From Podarcis gaigeae (taxonomy: Eukaryota): a stretch of DNA of 63,964 nucleotides. How positions within the stretch are numbered: position 1 is the first letter of the stretch; every line of letters starts with the position of its first letter. The position numbers were made by a program, and so were the translations under genes. This document shows, piece by piece, positions 48,301-61,230 of this stretch. The notes under the pieces are model-generated. The model was not told the DNA's origin. It saw only the letters and a list, made by a program, of their open reading frames with translations, and did not search any database. The stretch lies in assembly GCA_964106915.2 (NCBI GenBank), contig OZ066914.1; one strand, given 5' to 3'.

Positions 48301-51149
48301 TCCTTTGTTCTGCAGACAATACACTCCTAAACCTGATCTTGCGGGTCTGCTCGAGCATTTCCATAGACCAGTATTCCCGGTAGAATATTTTTTTTTCAAG
48401 AGCAAGCCAAGATTGCAGCAGCTCCAATAAAAGAGGGCGAATGGATTCTGAGTTCGTTAGGTTTAATAATAATTTCGGAAATCCTTCACAATCAACCCCA
48501 TGGAATAAAAAAATAAAGCCAGCAGGTCAAGCTTATCGTTTTGCTTTGTTTGTAAATAACAAGCGATGAGGCCACATACGCATCATCTTTTCAATTATAG
48601 CTACATATATATATTATCTTTAAAAAAAAAAAGAGCCGCCGAAGAAGCCTTCGGTAATAAGAAATACAGGCGCTGCCTTAAAATATAAGCATATTTGTTC
48701 ACGTGATCCTGAGAGAGGAGATGGTTCTGATTAAGGCTGGAACTTTCACTCGGGTTATCCTCTGTAAATCCTCCCCCATGTATCCTCGGTCTAGGTGGCT
48801 GCGGAGCTGGGGTGGGCTAACCCACAGGGCCAAAGGCACCCACAAACCTTCCTAGGTGGGGCGGGGAGCGAGTCGTAATAACCTGCTCTAGTCAAGGTGT
48901 CCATTCACCGTCCAAGTGCCCAGGGGCATCACACACACAGCGTAGTTTTCAGAGCCCTCTTTAGAAATCCACATTGGCTTCATCACCTTAGCAAACTATT
49001 TCACAGAGTAGGTAGGGATGGTGATGAGGAGGAGCGGGCGTGGGGGGCGGCGGCGGGAGGGAGGGAGGGAGAGATTGGGGTTGAGGCTGGGGAGGGGGTT
49101 TGCAGACCTTGTCGGATATTCGCGGCAAGTTGAACCAACATCACAGCAAATTTGGCTCCAGGATCTCTATAGGGTATAATAACCCGCGATCAAAACGAAT
49201 TGCGGGGGGGGGGGGGTGAGCCTCATGTTAATAGTAGGGGTGGGGCTTGTCCCCCATTGCTCCTCAAAATAATTATTATAGTTTCATAATGAAGGAAGAT
49301 GTGTGGGCTTGCCTTGCTTTGCTATTTCTGTAAAATCCACTGACGATAGAGGGTGGCTGTAATTCTGTCCTAGTTACCCTTCCATTGTATAGAATAATCT
49401 CGTTCTTTTCACCTTTCTTGTTGTTGTAGGGGACAAACAAATTCGGCAAAGTTGGGTTTGGTCTACGATGAAGGTTGAAGATCAACCTTGTCTTCATGGC
49501 TTAATAAAGAGCTCCTGGTGTTGGGGAAGCATCTGATCTCTGTCCTACTCTGTCCTAACTCTCGCTTCTATTTATGTCTGTGTAGAAACCTTCTTCAGAT
49601 ACAACCATCTCGCGAGTTTGTCACACAAATAATGTCCGAAGCAAGTCAGATTATTGCGCAGCGTTGTTGTTGTTACTATGATGATGATGATGACGATGAT
49701 GATGATTACTATTACAGCTCTTTTGTCTAGTGTCTCTAAAAGTAACTTGGAGCTATAAAAGCGCCCAACCTAATCTAGAATCTCCTAAGATTTCATTACC
49801 ATCCAAAGCATGGGGAACTTGACAGTAATGTATTACCTTACAATACGCACCATAAGTGTGTGGTAGCATTTATCTAAATTACTCTGCTTTATCCTGACTT
49901 TGCAAACCAGTCTTTTTTTAAACACAAACACACACACACACCACACACACTGGTGGAAGAGGAGATAAACTGTAGTCCTGTTATCAAAGCTCAAGCAGAA
50001 ACTCATATTCAAGAATCTGCTGTCACTTAAAACCTGCGGGCACAGGATCCAGCCGCGTTTTATGCATTTCTGGAGTCTGACTACATGCATGCTCACAGGG
50101 GAGTAAGCTCCTGAATGTGAGACATAATTCCAGGTAAATCCCAGGTACTCAGGATTGCATCCCATTGATGGTTCCAGTGGGAACGAAGCGTATGAGCTGA
50201 ATTGGGAGCCCTCTACTTTTTCCTGTCAGATGTCTCTTCGTCTAGCTGTAAAACCTGTCGGCGTCGGAAATAAAAGCTGGTTCCAAAAATAATTTAACCT
50301 GAGAAACGCATACTAACAAAATCAAGCAGAGACAAAAGGAATAAGGATGCTGAAGAAGAAGCGGGAGAAGCGACTTCTAAATATTTTCAGGGGGGTGGGG
50401 TGGGGTGGAGATCGCACCTTCCAGAAGGGCCACCTATAAATTATGCGGCTAAAACAAACAAGCCAGCAACAACCCTACGAAATTAAGGCTGAAAACGCTG
50501 CAAGCCAAGTGTGAAGCTCACCGAGAGGGCGGGAGGTGAGGGGGACTCCCAGTTTGGCCGAGATGTGCCTCCGTAAAGGATCTAAGGCTTTTTCAGTCCA
50601 AACATATGTTCATAGAGCAATAAAATGGAAAGATTTACAGTCCTTGCTGGGCCTCCTTCTTTCTCTTTCTCCCCCTTCCACGTCGTACCACCCCTCCATC
50701 ACACACACACACAAACGCAGGCGATCAGCATCGCACCCTTCCAGGAATTACTTACGATGATTTATAACAATAAACCCGGCAATTGTCAAACTGATAAAAT
50801 ATACTGGGCGATACGCAGGAATCAGCGTTATCATTAAAGGGCCTTTTCCGTTTAGGTTCGGGTTTCTTTGCCTCTCCCCCTCTCTGTGTCTGTGTCTCTT
50901 GCTCTGTCTCCTGTGTAGTTTGGGATTCTTTCTGGGACAAACCAGAAAGATATATATAAACTTTGCTCGTGTGTGTGTGTGCGCGGACAAATTCGGAAAG
51001 AGCAAATCTGATTCTTAAGTCACTATCCCAAACCAAAAGCATTTGTCATCTTTGAATAACTGAATCAATGTGTTATTGTTTGAATGTATAATTCACAACG
51101 CAGGAAACTCTGTCTTTGTCCTGACACATAGCAGAAGTAATAAAAATAT

Positions 51150-51150
<1 letters not shown>

Positions 51151-51200
<50 letters not shown>
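51151..51200. repeat. (TAT)n microsatellite
   Basis: About 16 TAT units. Confidence 0.95.
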
Positions 51201-51201
<1 letters not shown>

Positions 51202-51928
51202 ACAAGCTCTCCAAGTAACGCAAGAAAGACCACACCGCTGGCCAGAAACAAAACAAAGCATTTTCAAAGAGCCAAAGGCTTAGGAAGATAGCTCTTGGCT
51301 TTGTGATATACACACCCATATATGTATGTGTGCCTATGTATTTGCGTGTATGGTTCTATCTATGTGTACACACACAAATGCATAGACAGACACACGCACT
51401 GCAGTTCAAAATTCCCACTTGCTAAAGCGAGTCTTTTCCCCGCCACCCAAAACAAAACAAAACCCAGACTGGCTGGGTGTCTTCTACAAAATATTCAATG
51501 CCGACTCCAGTGGGACTGTCCCCATCTTCAGGTATCCCACCCCTCAGTGGTTCCAGAACGCCATCCCTCCCCACAAATATAATGCCGAACGGAACATCTG
51601 AAATCACCCACGTCTTTGTGTGACGGCACCATAGTGTATAGCCTAACCGGGTCGGGAGGGTGGCGGCGGTGGAGTGCCCTTAGAATTCATTATCTCTTGG
51701 TTAAAGTCTGCCTTGGGTAAAATTTCAACTCCGTTTTATAGCCTTCTATTATGACGCAAAGGGGGGAAAAATTTACGACCCTCGCTTGAAAAGAAGATCA
51801 GGGCCTTTTCTCACCATTTAAGAATGGGGCAGCAGATGCCCTGACAGCTATCTTTGTTCCCAGTAAGATATAAACAACCAGTAAATCTTCACCCATTTCC
51901 CCACACAAGCAGCTTTTGGCCAGACCTC

Positions 51929-51931
<3 letters not shown>

Positions 51932-51989
<58 letters not shown>

Positions 51990-51992
51990 CTC
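51932..51992. repeat. (CT)n microsatellite
   Basis: Direct inspection. Confidence 0.95.
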
Positions 51993-53426
51993 TTTCTCTT
52001 CTGCTGTGGAACATAGAAAGATCCTTTCCTTATTCAGTACCAGAATATATCATAATAAAGAGTAAACATTGGGGTGTCTCTCCCCCCCCCCCCATATGCC
52101 TACTACAGCTTCTGACTAGGGAAGAGTTGCAAATCAGGAGGAGAAGGGCCCCTATTTGTCAAACATTTGACAGCTAAGTTCATTAAGGATTTCGAAATAT
52201 AAAAGGAAAGAAAGAAAATGTGTACCTACCAAGCTCCGCTTTCTTTCTTTCTTTTATTATTGGTAATTTCCCCCCCTTCGGCTGTAGCCAAAGAGCTAGG
52301 TGTGCATAGAAAGAGCCTGCGCCCCTTTGTATATTATATTCTTGGGATCTCTTCAGTTTTCAAGTCTGATAGAGTCCTTTGCTTGGCAGATTAATGACGA
52401 CTCCGTGTTTCTTAAGGGACGCGCTGAATTAATTATTTCGCCCATCACGTGGTCAGGACTTGGAGAAAAATCTATTCTTATCATCTTCCTTGCACTTTGA
52501 GAGGCTGTCTGCTGTGACTCTTCCCTAGCAAAAGATGATTTGGGTCTACATGCTTAGATTTAACCCTCTCCTCCACCTCCTCCTCCACCTCCTCCACTAC
52601 CACCATCTTCCTGACACACACACACGCACGAAAGAAAATAAAAGAAATCGGGGGTGGGGGGAGCTTTGGCAAACATGGCCGATGGAAGCTACTTGAGGCG
52701 CTCCATTGAAAAGTCCCTGTTTACTATACTGTAGAGAGGATTTGTTCTGGATCCTGCCTCTCCCCCCCCCAGCCCCGCCCCGCCCCGCTTCCGCACCATA
52801 AGGACTAGCGGCGAGGCAATATACAAACTGGAATTGATGGCAACGGGAAGAGCACAAGGCAGCTGAGAAGCCTTCAGCGTAAATTTGTGTCCTGAATCTT
52901 TACCACTCGTGGCTGTGGCGGTGCGCTGACAAACAAACACACAACGATCCCTCATCAGTCTCTCCTGTCTAAAGGGGGGGGGGGGGATCATACTTCGCTC
53001 CAATACATGGATGGGGGTTTCTTGTTTTCATTCTTCCAGGCTGGATGATTTGGTTTTCGACTCCAGTTTTGGCTGCTCTTCCAAGAGAAGACAAGTCAAC
53101 ATGTGTAAAAGGGGGAAGAAGGCGGGGGAGCGAGGGGGAAACAAATCAAAATATATCCGATAAAAATAGCGCCATCGACCTCCTAGACAGATAAATGCTT
53201 TATTGCTGTCAGGGGTGTTTATGTCGGAAGGAAGGAGGAGCCATTCATGTTAGAAGTGTACAGGAACTTTCTGAGTGCTCAAGTCGTCTACAGATTGATT
53301 CCTAAGGAATATAAGATAATAGGTTCCTAGGAACAAAAAAAGGGGGAGGCCTGTTTCTATCTGCAGAGTGTGGACTTCAAGTTTTGGCGGTTATTCCTCC
53401 ACAGAATGATTCTGATTCATATACAG

Positions 53427-53561
53427 CAGGCTTTCCCAAACTTGGGTCTCCAGCTGTTTTGGACTACAATTCCCATCATCCCAGACCACTGGTCTTGCTA
53501 GCTAGGGATGATGGGTGTTGTAGTCCAAAAGCAGCTGGAGACCCATGTTTGGGAAACCCTG
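53427..53561. mobile_element. hAT/Charlie (URR1-like) palindromic MITE
   Basis: CAGG.TTTCCCAAAC ... GTTTGGGAAACCCTG TIRs with internal GGACTACAA.TCCCATCATCCC arms. Confidence 0.82.
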
Positions 53562-53667
53562 CTATATAGTAATACCACATATCACACAGAAACATGTATG
53601 ATGGGTCCAATTGACCTTACCTTCTATCAGTTAACACAGCAACAATAATGTGGGATAAGGCTATCAG

Positions 53668-53880
53668 TGGCTACTAGTCAAGATGGCCATGGGCTATGTA
53701 CTATCGTGTCAGAGCAGGTATGCCTCTGAATACTAGTTGCTGGGAATCTCAAGTGGGGAGAGTGCTGATGCAACCAGGTCCTATCAGTGGGCTTCCCATA
53801 AGCCTCTGGTTGGTCACTCTGAGGACAGGACACTGGACTCGGTGGGGCTTTGGTCTGATCAGCTATTATTGTGCTCTTAA
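53668..53880 (+). mobile_element. Old LINE (CR1-like) 3' end
   Basis: GGCTACTAG...CTGGTTGGTCACT.TGAGGACAGGA..CTGGACT...GGTCTGATC; related pieces at about 34990-35165 and 12555-12615. Confidence 0.55.
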
Positions 53881-56800
53881 GTACAACAGAAGGCAATTGA
53901 TATCAATGTGTTGAAGGCCTCCATTTTTGATTGTGACTCCTGTGTTGCCAGCACATTATTAAGCCACATTAATTCTGGAACTACTCCATTCATCAACTGA
54001 GTGAGACTCAGCACCATTAAAACTGTTAAAACCATTAAAGCCAAGGTGAGTTCTGCCGTACTTTTCAGCGACATGTAGGTTACATCTCAGTTTTGTGGAT
54101 TCTTGTCTAAAGTTGCAGTCCAAAAAAACCAGCTAGAAAGTAAATTCCACTTATTAGTTAATTTTGCTAGAATTCTAATATCCAAATTCTGTGTGTGTGT
54201 TTACTCTCAAGCAAGTGAGTTCAGTGGTGTTCAATTAAACATATGTTCCAAGTAAGCAGGCATTGGATTTTCAGCTGGAAAAAACACCTATTAAAATCCA
54301 TTACTTATAACACATCCACTACCCAGTTACCTGGGAGTATGTACAAATGAACCCAGTGGAACTTACCTCTAAAAAGACATCTACAGTATAGGATTGCATT
54401 TCTGGGAAGCAATTCACCTGAGAGCAGGGAAGGCAAACTTTTTAAGTCTGAGGGAGTGTGTTTGCATCTTTTGCCAATCAAATATGAGATGTGGTGTGTA
54501 GAGCAATGTACCATAGTATTCAAAGCTTGTATCAGCCATGAGCTCATCAGGAGGCCTTAGGGATACCATCACCTTTCATCCTCAGGCTCCCACCTGTGAC
54601 ATTTAATAATGATATTAGGCTACCCTTACAGCTACTTGTGTGCCTTACAGTATATCCATACCGGGAATACAACCACCCACCCACTATACTCAGAAGTAAG
54701 GTAAGTGAGTATGGGTTTTCAGACTGAGACTTGACGCCCTAAAAATTGACTAAAAGGGTTTAGCAATAATTGGCACTCTAATCTTCAATACACTGGACCA
54801 GATCCAAAGAGCTTAATTAATCTCACCTAGGTGCTTTGTTGAGCTGGAGGGAAATTACTGTTTTTAAGTTGGGAGAGTTTGCATACAAACACACACAAAA
54901 TGCTTTCAAAATCCCTATCAGCTTGTTATGAGATTGGAGGAGGGCCTGCTGTCTGAGAAAGGCCACCCAAGCTGCATATGCACCTAAGGAATTAGTTACA
55001 AGTTTTTTGGGATCATGGCGAAAACTTGGAAGTAAGTCCCACTGAAATAAGTAGGATACTGTCAAATATATCTGATAATATTAAAGGCTTAGGAAAGAGA
55101 GTGAAAGGAGGCAAAGTCACAGCCTATTTTAACATGCTGTCTGTCACCTATTATATATTTTTATTTTCCCCCTTCCTTTCTCCTATTTTTGTAAACCATC
55201 CTGGGAGCTTGGCTGAAAGGCGGGATAGAAATATGTAAAATAAATACATTTAAATGTAAATGGCAGTTGCCACAGCTTTTGATACACATGCCCCCCCTCC
55301 CTACCCACAATTAATCAGCCATAATCTCCACTGAAAACAGTGAGGTTTCATTCCAAATCTGACTGTGTCCCTAAATAAATTTATTTGGAAGCAACTGCAG
55401 CTGGGATTAGTGAAATTTACTTCTGAGTCAATATGCTTGGGCTGAACTATAAAAGGTCCTGTGCAAACTTACTTGAAAGCAAGCCTGTGGAACCCAGTGG
55501 GTTTAATATAAACATAATTGGGTTTCCAATGTAAGGCAGCAAGCCTTTGAACCCTTACTTGGAAATGAGCCCTATTGAAATCAGCGATACTTACTTCTCA
55601 ATACAGGATAGGATAAGATAGGTTCTTCCTGCATACTTCATTAACTACTGTTTGTAGAGTTCTACTATGAGATGGCAAACATGTCAAGGGAGGATATTAG
55701 AAGATAGCACACCTCTCTTGGGTCGCTATCAATTCAAAGCTTTTTTGATCGAGGTACAATAGAATACCAGTATTTATTTCGGTATGTGCGTGTCAAACAT
55801 GTATGCTTAAAAAGGACTTAGACGGAAAACAATTTGTATAAATAGTTCTTTAATCAGAGGCAGCAAAAAAAATTGGCAAAGTCTAGAAAACATCTCAGGG
55901 TCACAACTGCCGTAGAGACAACGCAGCTTAATCACAGAGGTCATGGTAATAATATACAATTTTGTGTCTCCAAGGGGAAAAGAAAAGATTCCCCTACAAT
56001 CTTCAGTGTGGTAGGAGGACGATCTCTGCATAGTTCAAAACAAGTACCATCATTATAATTACTTTCATCAACAACTCCACTCACCCCCAGAAAAGTGAGA
56101 AGAGTTTGTAGGAAATGAATGGGATGGTAAGGTTGTGTGCGTCGTTTTCTTTTAAAATCATTTTTGGCCAAATGTTTACATCAAGCAGAAACCCTTTGAT
56201 ACTCTCCCACTTCCATCACTCTCTTTCAAGAGTGGACCAACATCACTGCGACCAAGATTTAAGACTTCAAGAAGAAGAAGAAAGAGCTCAAAGGGTTTTT
56301 TTCCCCCCTAACACAACTTTAAGAGTTTGAACCAAACATTTGTCCAGAGGACATTTACATTACAAAAGGACTTTGGCCGAGTTCTGCCCCCACCCCTTTC
56401 TTCTTCACACGTTCTTCAGTTCACGTCATTTGGGTTGGGGATGGATGAGCTACATTGTGAAGTCAAATTTGTCCTACTGACAGCCCTACTGGAAACATGT
56501 TTACTCGGAAGCAAGTTCCACTGGGTTTAATAGGGATTGTTTCCTTGCAAGCAGTGGAGCATTACTGCCTCTTCCCCTTTGCTAAACCAACCTTCAGCGG
56601 CAGCGTGGCCATATTTGCCATAGATTGAGCCCCATTGAAATCAGTTACACCTAATTCTGAGTAAACATACAAAGGATTCGCGAACGCAATCCTGAACACG
56701 TTTAAGGAAGAAATCCAGGCCAATAAAGCCGATGGACCAGAACTTCCTAGTGAAACGTGTTCAGGATGGAGAGACGCGCAGACACACAAAGGAAATCCAT

Positions 56801-57393
56801 TTTCTCCTTCCCTCCCGTTTCCCAGATTATCCTCACCACCACCAACCTTACTTACTTTCTAGGATATTACTCTCCGCGGTTACTAGAGAATACCCCACTG
56901 AACGCAGGATTTACTTCAGAATCACCGTGCCCAGGGACCAGACGTTTACTAAGCCCCGCGAAGCTCAGGCAGTCTTGCCTTGGGCTTTAGACTGCAAGAA
57001 AGCTAGGGTTGTTGACTTCTCTTTCCCAAACAACACGCTTCCATGGGACAAAATGACTCAACACAGGCCATATGTAAACAATGGTTGGTTTCCCTGTTTT
57101 TAAATCAATCTAAACTAGAGCTTCTGTTGAGAAGAAGATTTCGAAAGGGACGTGATGAAATCTGAGCACAGTGAAAATCTGGGGTTAGGAAAGATGCTTC
57201 CCCCCTTTAAAAAAATGATTTTAGGGTTTAGATCTCCAAATTTGAGGCTAGGTCTTGACAACAAGCCCTGTTTTTCTCTTGGTACTTTTTTCGGTGCCAG
57301 CAGAAAAGGAAGGGGAACTCCAGGTCCAAGAGGTTAAGGGTTCAGAGGTCATTCCTCCCGGCTGAAATACGGCGAATCGAAGGGGGGAAAACG

Positions 57394-57410
57394 TGTCCTC
57401 TGGATGAACC
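57394..57410 (-). promoter_or_regulatory. DR5 RARE of the HOXD4 3' neural enhancer type
   Basis: GGTTCA-tccag-AGGACA on minus, about 2.4 kb downstream of the HOXD4 stop; same form as Hox4 3' RAREs. Confidence 0.85.
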
Positions 57411-59837
57411 TGTTTCTACAATTTAGCCCGAACTTCAGTAAAATACCTTTTCAGCCTCTCAACGTGAAGGCGTCAGAAAAGAAGACGTCTCCACTATGTA
57501 TGAACTGGGCGCTTTTTGTCATAGACAATGACGCGCAGTGAATGCAGGAATATCCATCTTTAATATCACGGACGGGCAGATATTCAAGGGGAGCCCCCGT
57601 AAGAGTCTGAGAAGTAGACTCAGCTAAAAAGAGAGAGGAGAGAGAGAGAACAAAGAAGGGGCTCCAGGACCCAACACAAAAGAACACAGTCTTCTAAGAC
57701 CCCGATCCTAAATACCTCAAAGTAAGCCCTACTGATCGTCTAAGGACTGTCTTCCAAATATGCCTGCTTGGTTACTTTGGTGGGGAAAAAGCACAAAAGA
57801 AACTGCCAAACTGCCGTGATTTCCATGATCCACTACATTAAATATGTGCCTCTCGTCCTATTATTTAGACACATCCATCTCTCTTCTTCTCTCCCCTCCC
57901 ATCTCTTTTTCTAATCAAGGAAAGCCTTCAGAACTTGGGCTATGCGATTATAAGATGAACCCAATGTGGCTATTTGGCATGGAGGAAATAACACAGACCC
58001 CATTCTAGAACACAGAAATGTCAATTCTTGGAATTCAGAATTCTCTTGCAACACTCGGTAGGCTGAGTGGGTTGGCGATCCTATGCACCCTTACCTGAGA
58101 GTCAGTCTTATTGAATTCTGCGGGGCTTACTTCTGAGTAGGCAGGTCTAGGGTTGTGCTAGAATTCTCGTCGAAATCAACATGACTGGGCAATGGCTGTT
58201 CATTTAAGAGGGATGCGAGCTTAACAAACAAGCTGATCTACCTTTCTTCTTTTTTCTTAGCATACTGATTGCGGGGAGGCGTGTTATAGTTACTTCGTTC
58301 CTATCCAAAGTTGTAATTGGAAAGGACGGCGGTTTTAGCATCGTTTATGTAAGGTTTGCATTGGTTCAGATACTTTCAACCAAATCTGGGTTGATCTACA
58401 CAATAGTATAAAAGGCATGGATGCGTGCCGAGGTATGCTATTAGAGCATATTCTTCCCTCACTAAGCCTACCCGCTTCCTCTGAAATTATATTAAAACAG
58501 ATCCAATATTTCTTATTTGGGTGTGAATAAAAAAGAAACACAAGCATTTCCATCCGAAACATGCAGTTCATTCCTGGGCTTTTGTTTCGTCTGTTTTGCT
58601 TTGAAAAACCAACACGATGGTTTAATTCAAAACATTATAGTAATAGTAAACACCATGCCACCTTGTTTGTTTGTTCCCCATATCACAAATCCCTTGGAAT
58701 ATTCACTTCATTTTTTCCGTTTTGCTTTCCTTTTGTTTATAATTTGCTCTGTCCCTCCTCCCACACAACACCCCTCCCTCCAACCCCGCCTTGGCTCAAA
58801 GTATAACGCGTGAACAAAAGGAAACGTTTTTAATCCATTTCATTTAAAAACGATAATAATGTTTTGCTCCTCGTCTCTAAAAGCTAGAAAATATTTGCCT
58901 ATATACAGAAGAAATTAAAAAAAAAACATGGGGTCAGGGAGTGGGGGGGGGAAGAGAAAGATCTCTATTTTTATGGGAGATAAAAACACTGAATAAAATT
59001 GAAAGGAAGGGAGAGTACACGCTTGCGTTCTCTCTTTCTCTCTCTCTTTTTGGTTTGTCTCTCTAACTTTTTCTTTCTCCTAAACAAGAAATAAATAAAT
59101 ACGCTAATACAGTACAAAAAATAACAATAAAATAACCCGTTTCACATCATATTTGTATTAAATATTTCTGAAAAGTTAGAAGGATGGAAACGCTTTCCCC
59201 TCCCCTTAAGAAACAAACAAAAAAATTAACGGTAACAGCGGAGATGAGCGGGGGACGAGGGGAAGAGTTCACAGGTTTTCAGAGACTTCTGTTTAGGATT
59301 TACCCAAATGCACAACCCGGAATGGCATTGGGGTGGGGTGGGGAGGAAGAAATAACGAAATTAAGAGAATCAATTCCACCACCACCCAAAAAAACCTCTC
59401 TCCTTGGAGATCCCAGACGAAACAACACAATACGATCCCGTTTGTAATGGTGCAATAGCTGTGTGTCGGCAGAGGAGTTTTATTTTAAAAATATTTTTAT
59501 CTATCTTTCTCTCTCTCTCTCTGTATATATATCTATATATATATTTATAGTTATCACTTTCTCACCACCTGGATGCAGAGTTTGTTTGAGTGTGAATGGT
59601 TGTGCTGTTTTGCATTATTCCTACGAAGTCCATAATATCGTTGGGTTTGTCTTCAGTACCTTAAAGCAGGATGAGGACAATTTGGGAGTTGTTGGCTGCT
59701 ACGTGCAGGTTTCTGCTTTTAGCCGGCATGTGCGTTTGTTTGGGTGCTTGTTTGTATATTTGTTTGTTTGTTTGTGTATTCCTGGACAGTTCAGTTCCGA
59801 ATCAACCGGGTCTGAAACGGACCATCTTCCAAGTTCC

Positions 59838-60148
59838 CTACAAAGTTGTCAAGTCTGTCTGAAGCTCCTTGGAGACAGTCTGTGAGTGTTGGCTGGGGGC
59901 CGAGGAAGAGCTAGAGGACCGGCCCTTGGTGTTGGGCAGTTTGTGGTCTTTTTTCCACTTCATCCTCCTGTTCTGGAACCAGATCTTGATCTGGCGTTCG
60001 GAGAGACACAAGGTGTGGGCGATTTCGATCCGCCGGCGCCGAGTCAGGTACCGGTTGAAGTGGAATTCCTTCTCCAGCTCGAGGACTTGCTGCCTCGTGT
60101 AGGCTGTCCTGGAGCGCTTCGGTTCTCCTCCGGTGTAATTAGGATTCA
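59838..60148 (-). CDS. HOXD4: Homeobox protein Hox-D4, coding exon 2 (homeodomain)
   Basis: Acceptor ccccgctcag|; [79 protein letters not shown]...DLTTL*; total 741 nt, 246 aa. Confidence 0.97.
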
Positions 60149-60362
60149 CTGAGCGGGGAGAGACAAATCACAGGCAGGACTTAACAACCAACCCTCCAAA
60201 ACAACAACAACAGCAGCAGCAGCAAACCCACAGCCTAATCTTGACTTTATCATTAGGCGTTAAGGAAGAGAGAGAGAGAAAAGGGAGTCTCTGGTAACCA
60301 TGTGGCCGTTATATACACCATTACATTTGCTAATAACAGATGGCCATGCTTTCTCCCCCCCC

Positions 60363-60401
<39 letters not shown>

Positions 60402-60513
60402 TAACCCCCCTCCTTCCCTCATAGAAACAGCGGACCTTTAAATATCTCTAGCATCTTTCTGAAATGGAATATTCTCATGCCCACAACCACATGACCAAGA
60501 GGCCTATTTCCCC

Positions 60514-60544
60514 GGCCATAAAAATTTATGGCGAGTGTAATTGG
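60514..60544 (-). promoter_or_regulatory. HB1-type conserved homeodomain-binding element in the Hox4 intron
   Basis: CCAATTACActcGCCATAAAttTTTATGGC: a TAAT site plus inverted TTTAT (Cdx-type) sites about 130 bp into the intron. Confidence 0.8.
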
Positions 60545-60673
60545 CTACCTCGCTTTCAACCCGCGTCGCGAAGCCTGGAAAGGACTTTGGAGGGGTGGGG
60601 TAATGAATCAAGAAGGGGGAGGCGGAGTGGGGTGGGGTGGGCGAGGTGGGTAGCAGCAGAATGGGATGCTTAC

Positions 60674-61103
60674 CTGAGTTAACGTGGACTTTCTTCATCC
60701 AAGGGTAAACCACCGCTGGCTGCTTCATTGCTCCTGCTGCTGTTGGTGGCGATGACCCGTTGGGGCTTTTGAGGCTGGGCTGCTGGTTGCAGGTCCTCGT
60801 GGCGGGCATTGGAGGCTGCGGACAGTGCTCAGGCTGCCCGGGGAAGTGGCTCGCTGGGCCGGATTGCTCCTGCCCGTGACCCCGCGGCTGCACTGCCGAG
60901 CCTTGGGCATTGCTACAACCGTAGGGCTGCTCGCTGTAGTTTGACCGTGGGTAGATTCCCTGGTGCTGGAAGTCAGAGCCTTGCGAGGCACCGTAATAGT
61001 CTGAGCTTTGCTCAGCAAGGTAGCTGTTCTGCAGATATTCCTCGCAAGGGGGGAATTTGGGGTCCACATACTTAGAGTTCACCATATACGAACTCATGGC
61101 CAT
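60674..61103 (-). CDS. HOXD4: Homeobox protein Hox-D4, coding exon 1
   Basis: [25 protein letters not shown]; hexapeptide [13 protein letters not shown]; donor CAG|GTAAGC at 60674/60673; 430 nt. Confidence 0.97.
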
Positions 61104-61230
61104 TAATTTCGGAAGGTAGAAAATACTAATTTTTCTCGTGTTGTCTTTTTTTCTCCTTCCAGAGAGCCCTCCTACTTGCTGTCAACTGAATAAAGTTAGG
61201 CGCCCATGTGACCTGCTCAGCCAATCGGGA
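61104..61230 (-). promoter_or_regulatory. HOXD4 proximal promoter / conserved 5' UTR
   Basis: ATTGG (61225-61221) followed by GTCACATG; TGACAG site; Hox4-type leader ...GAAAAATTAGTATTTTTCTACCTTCCGAAATTAATG. Confidence 0.7.
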
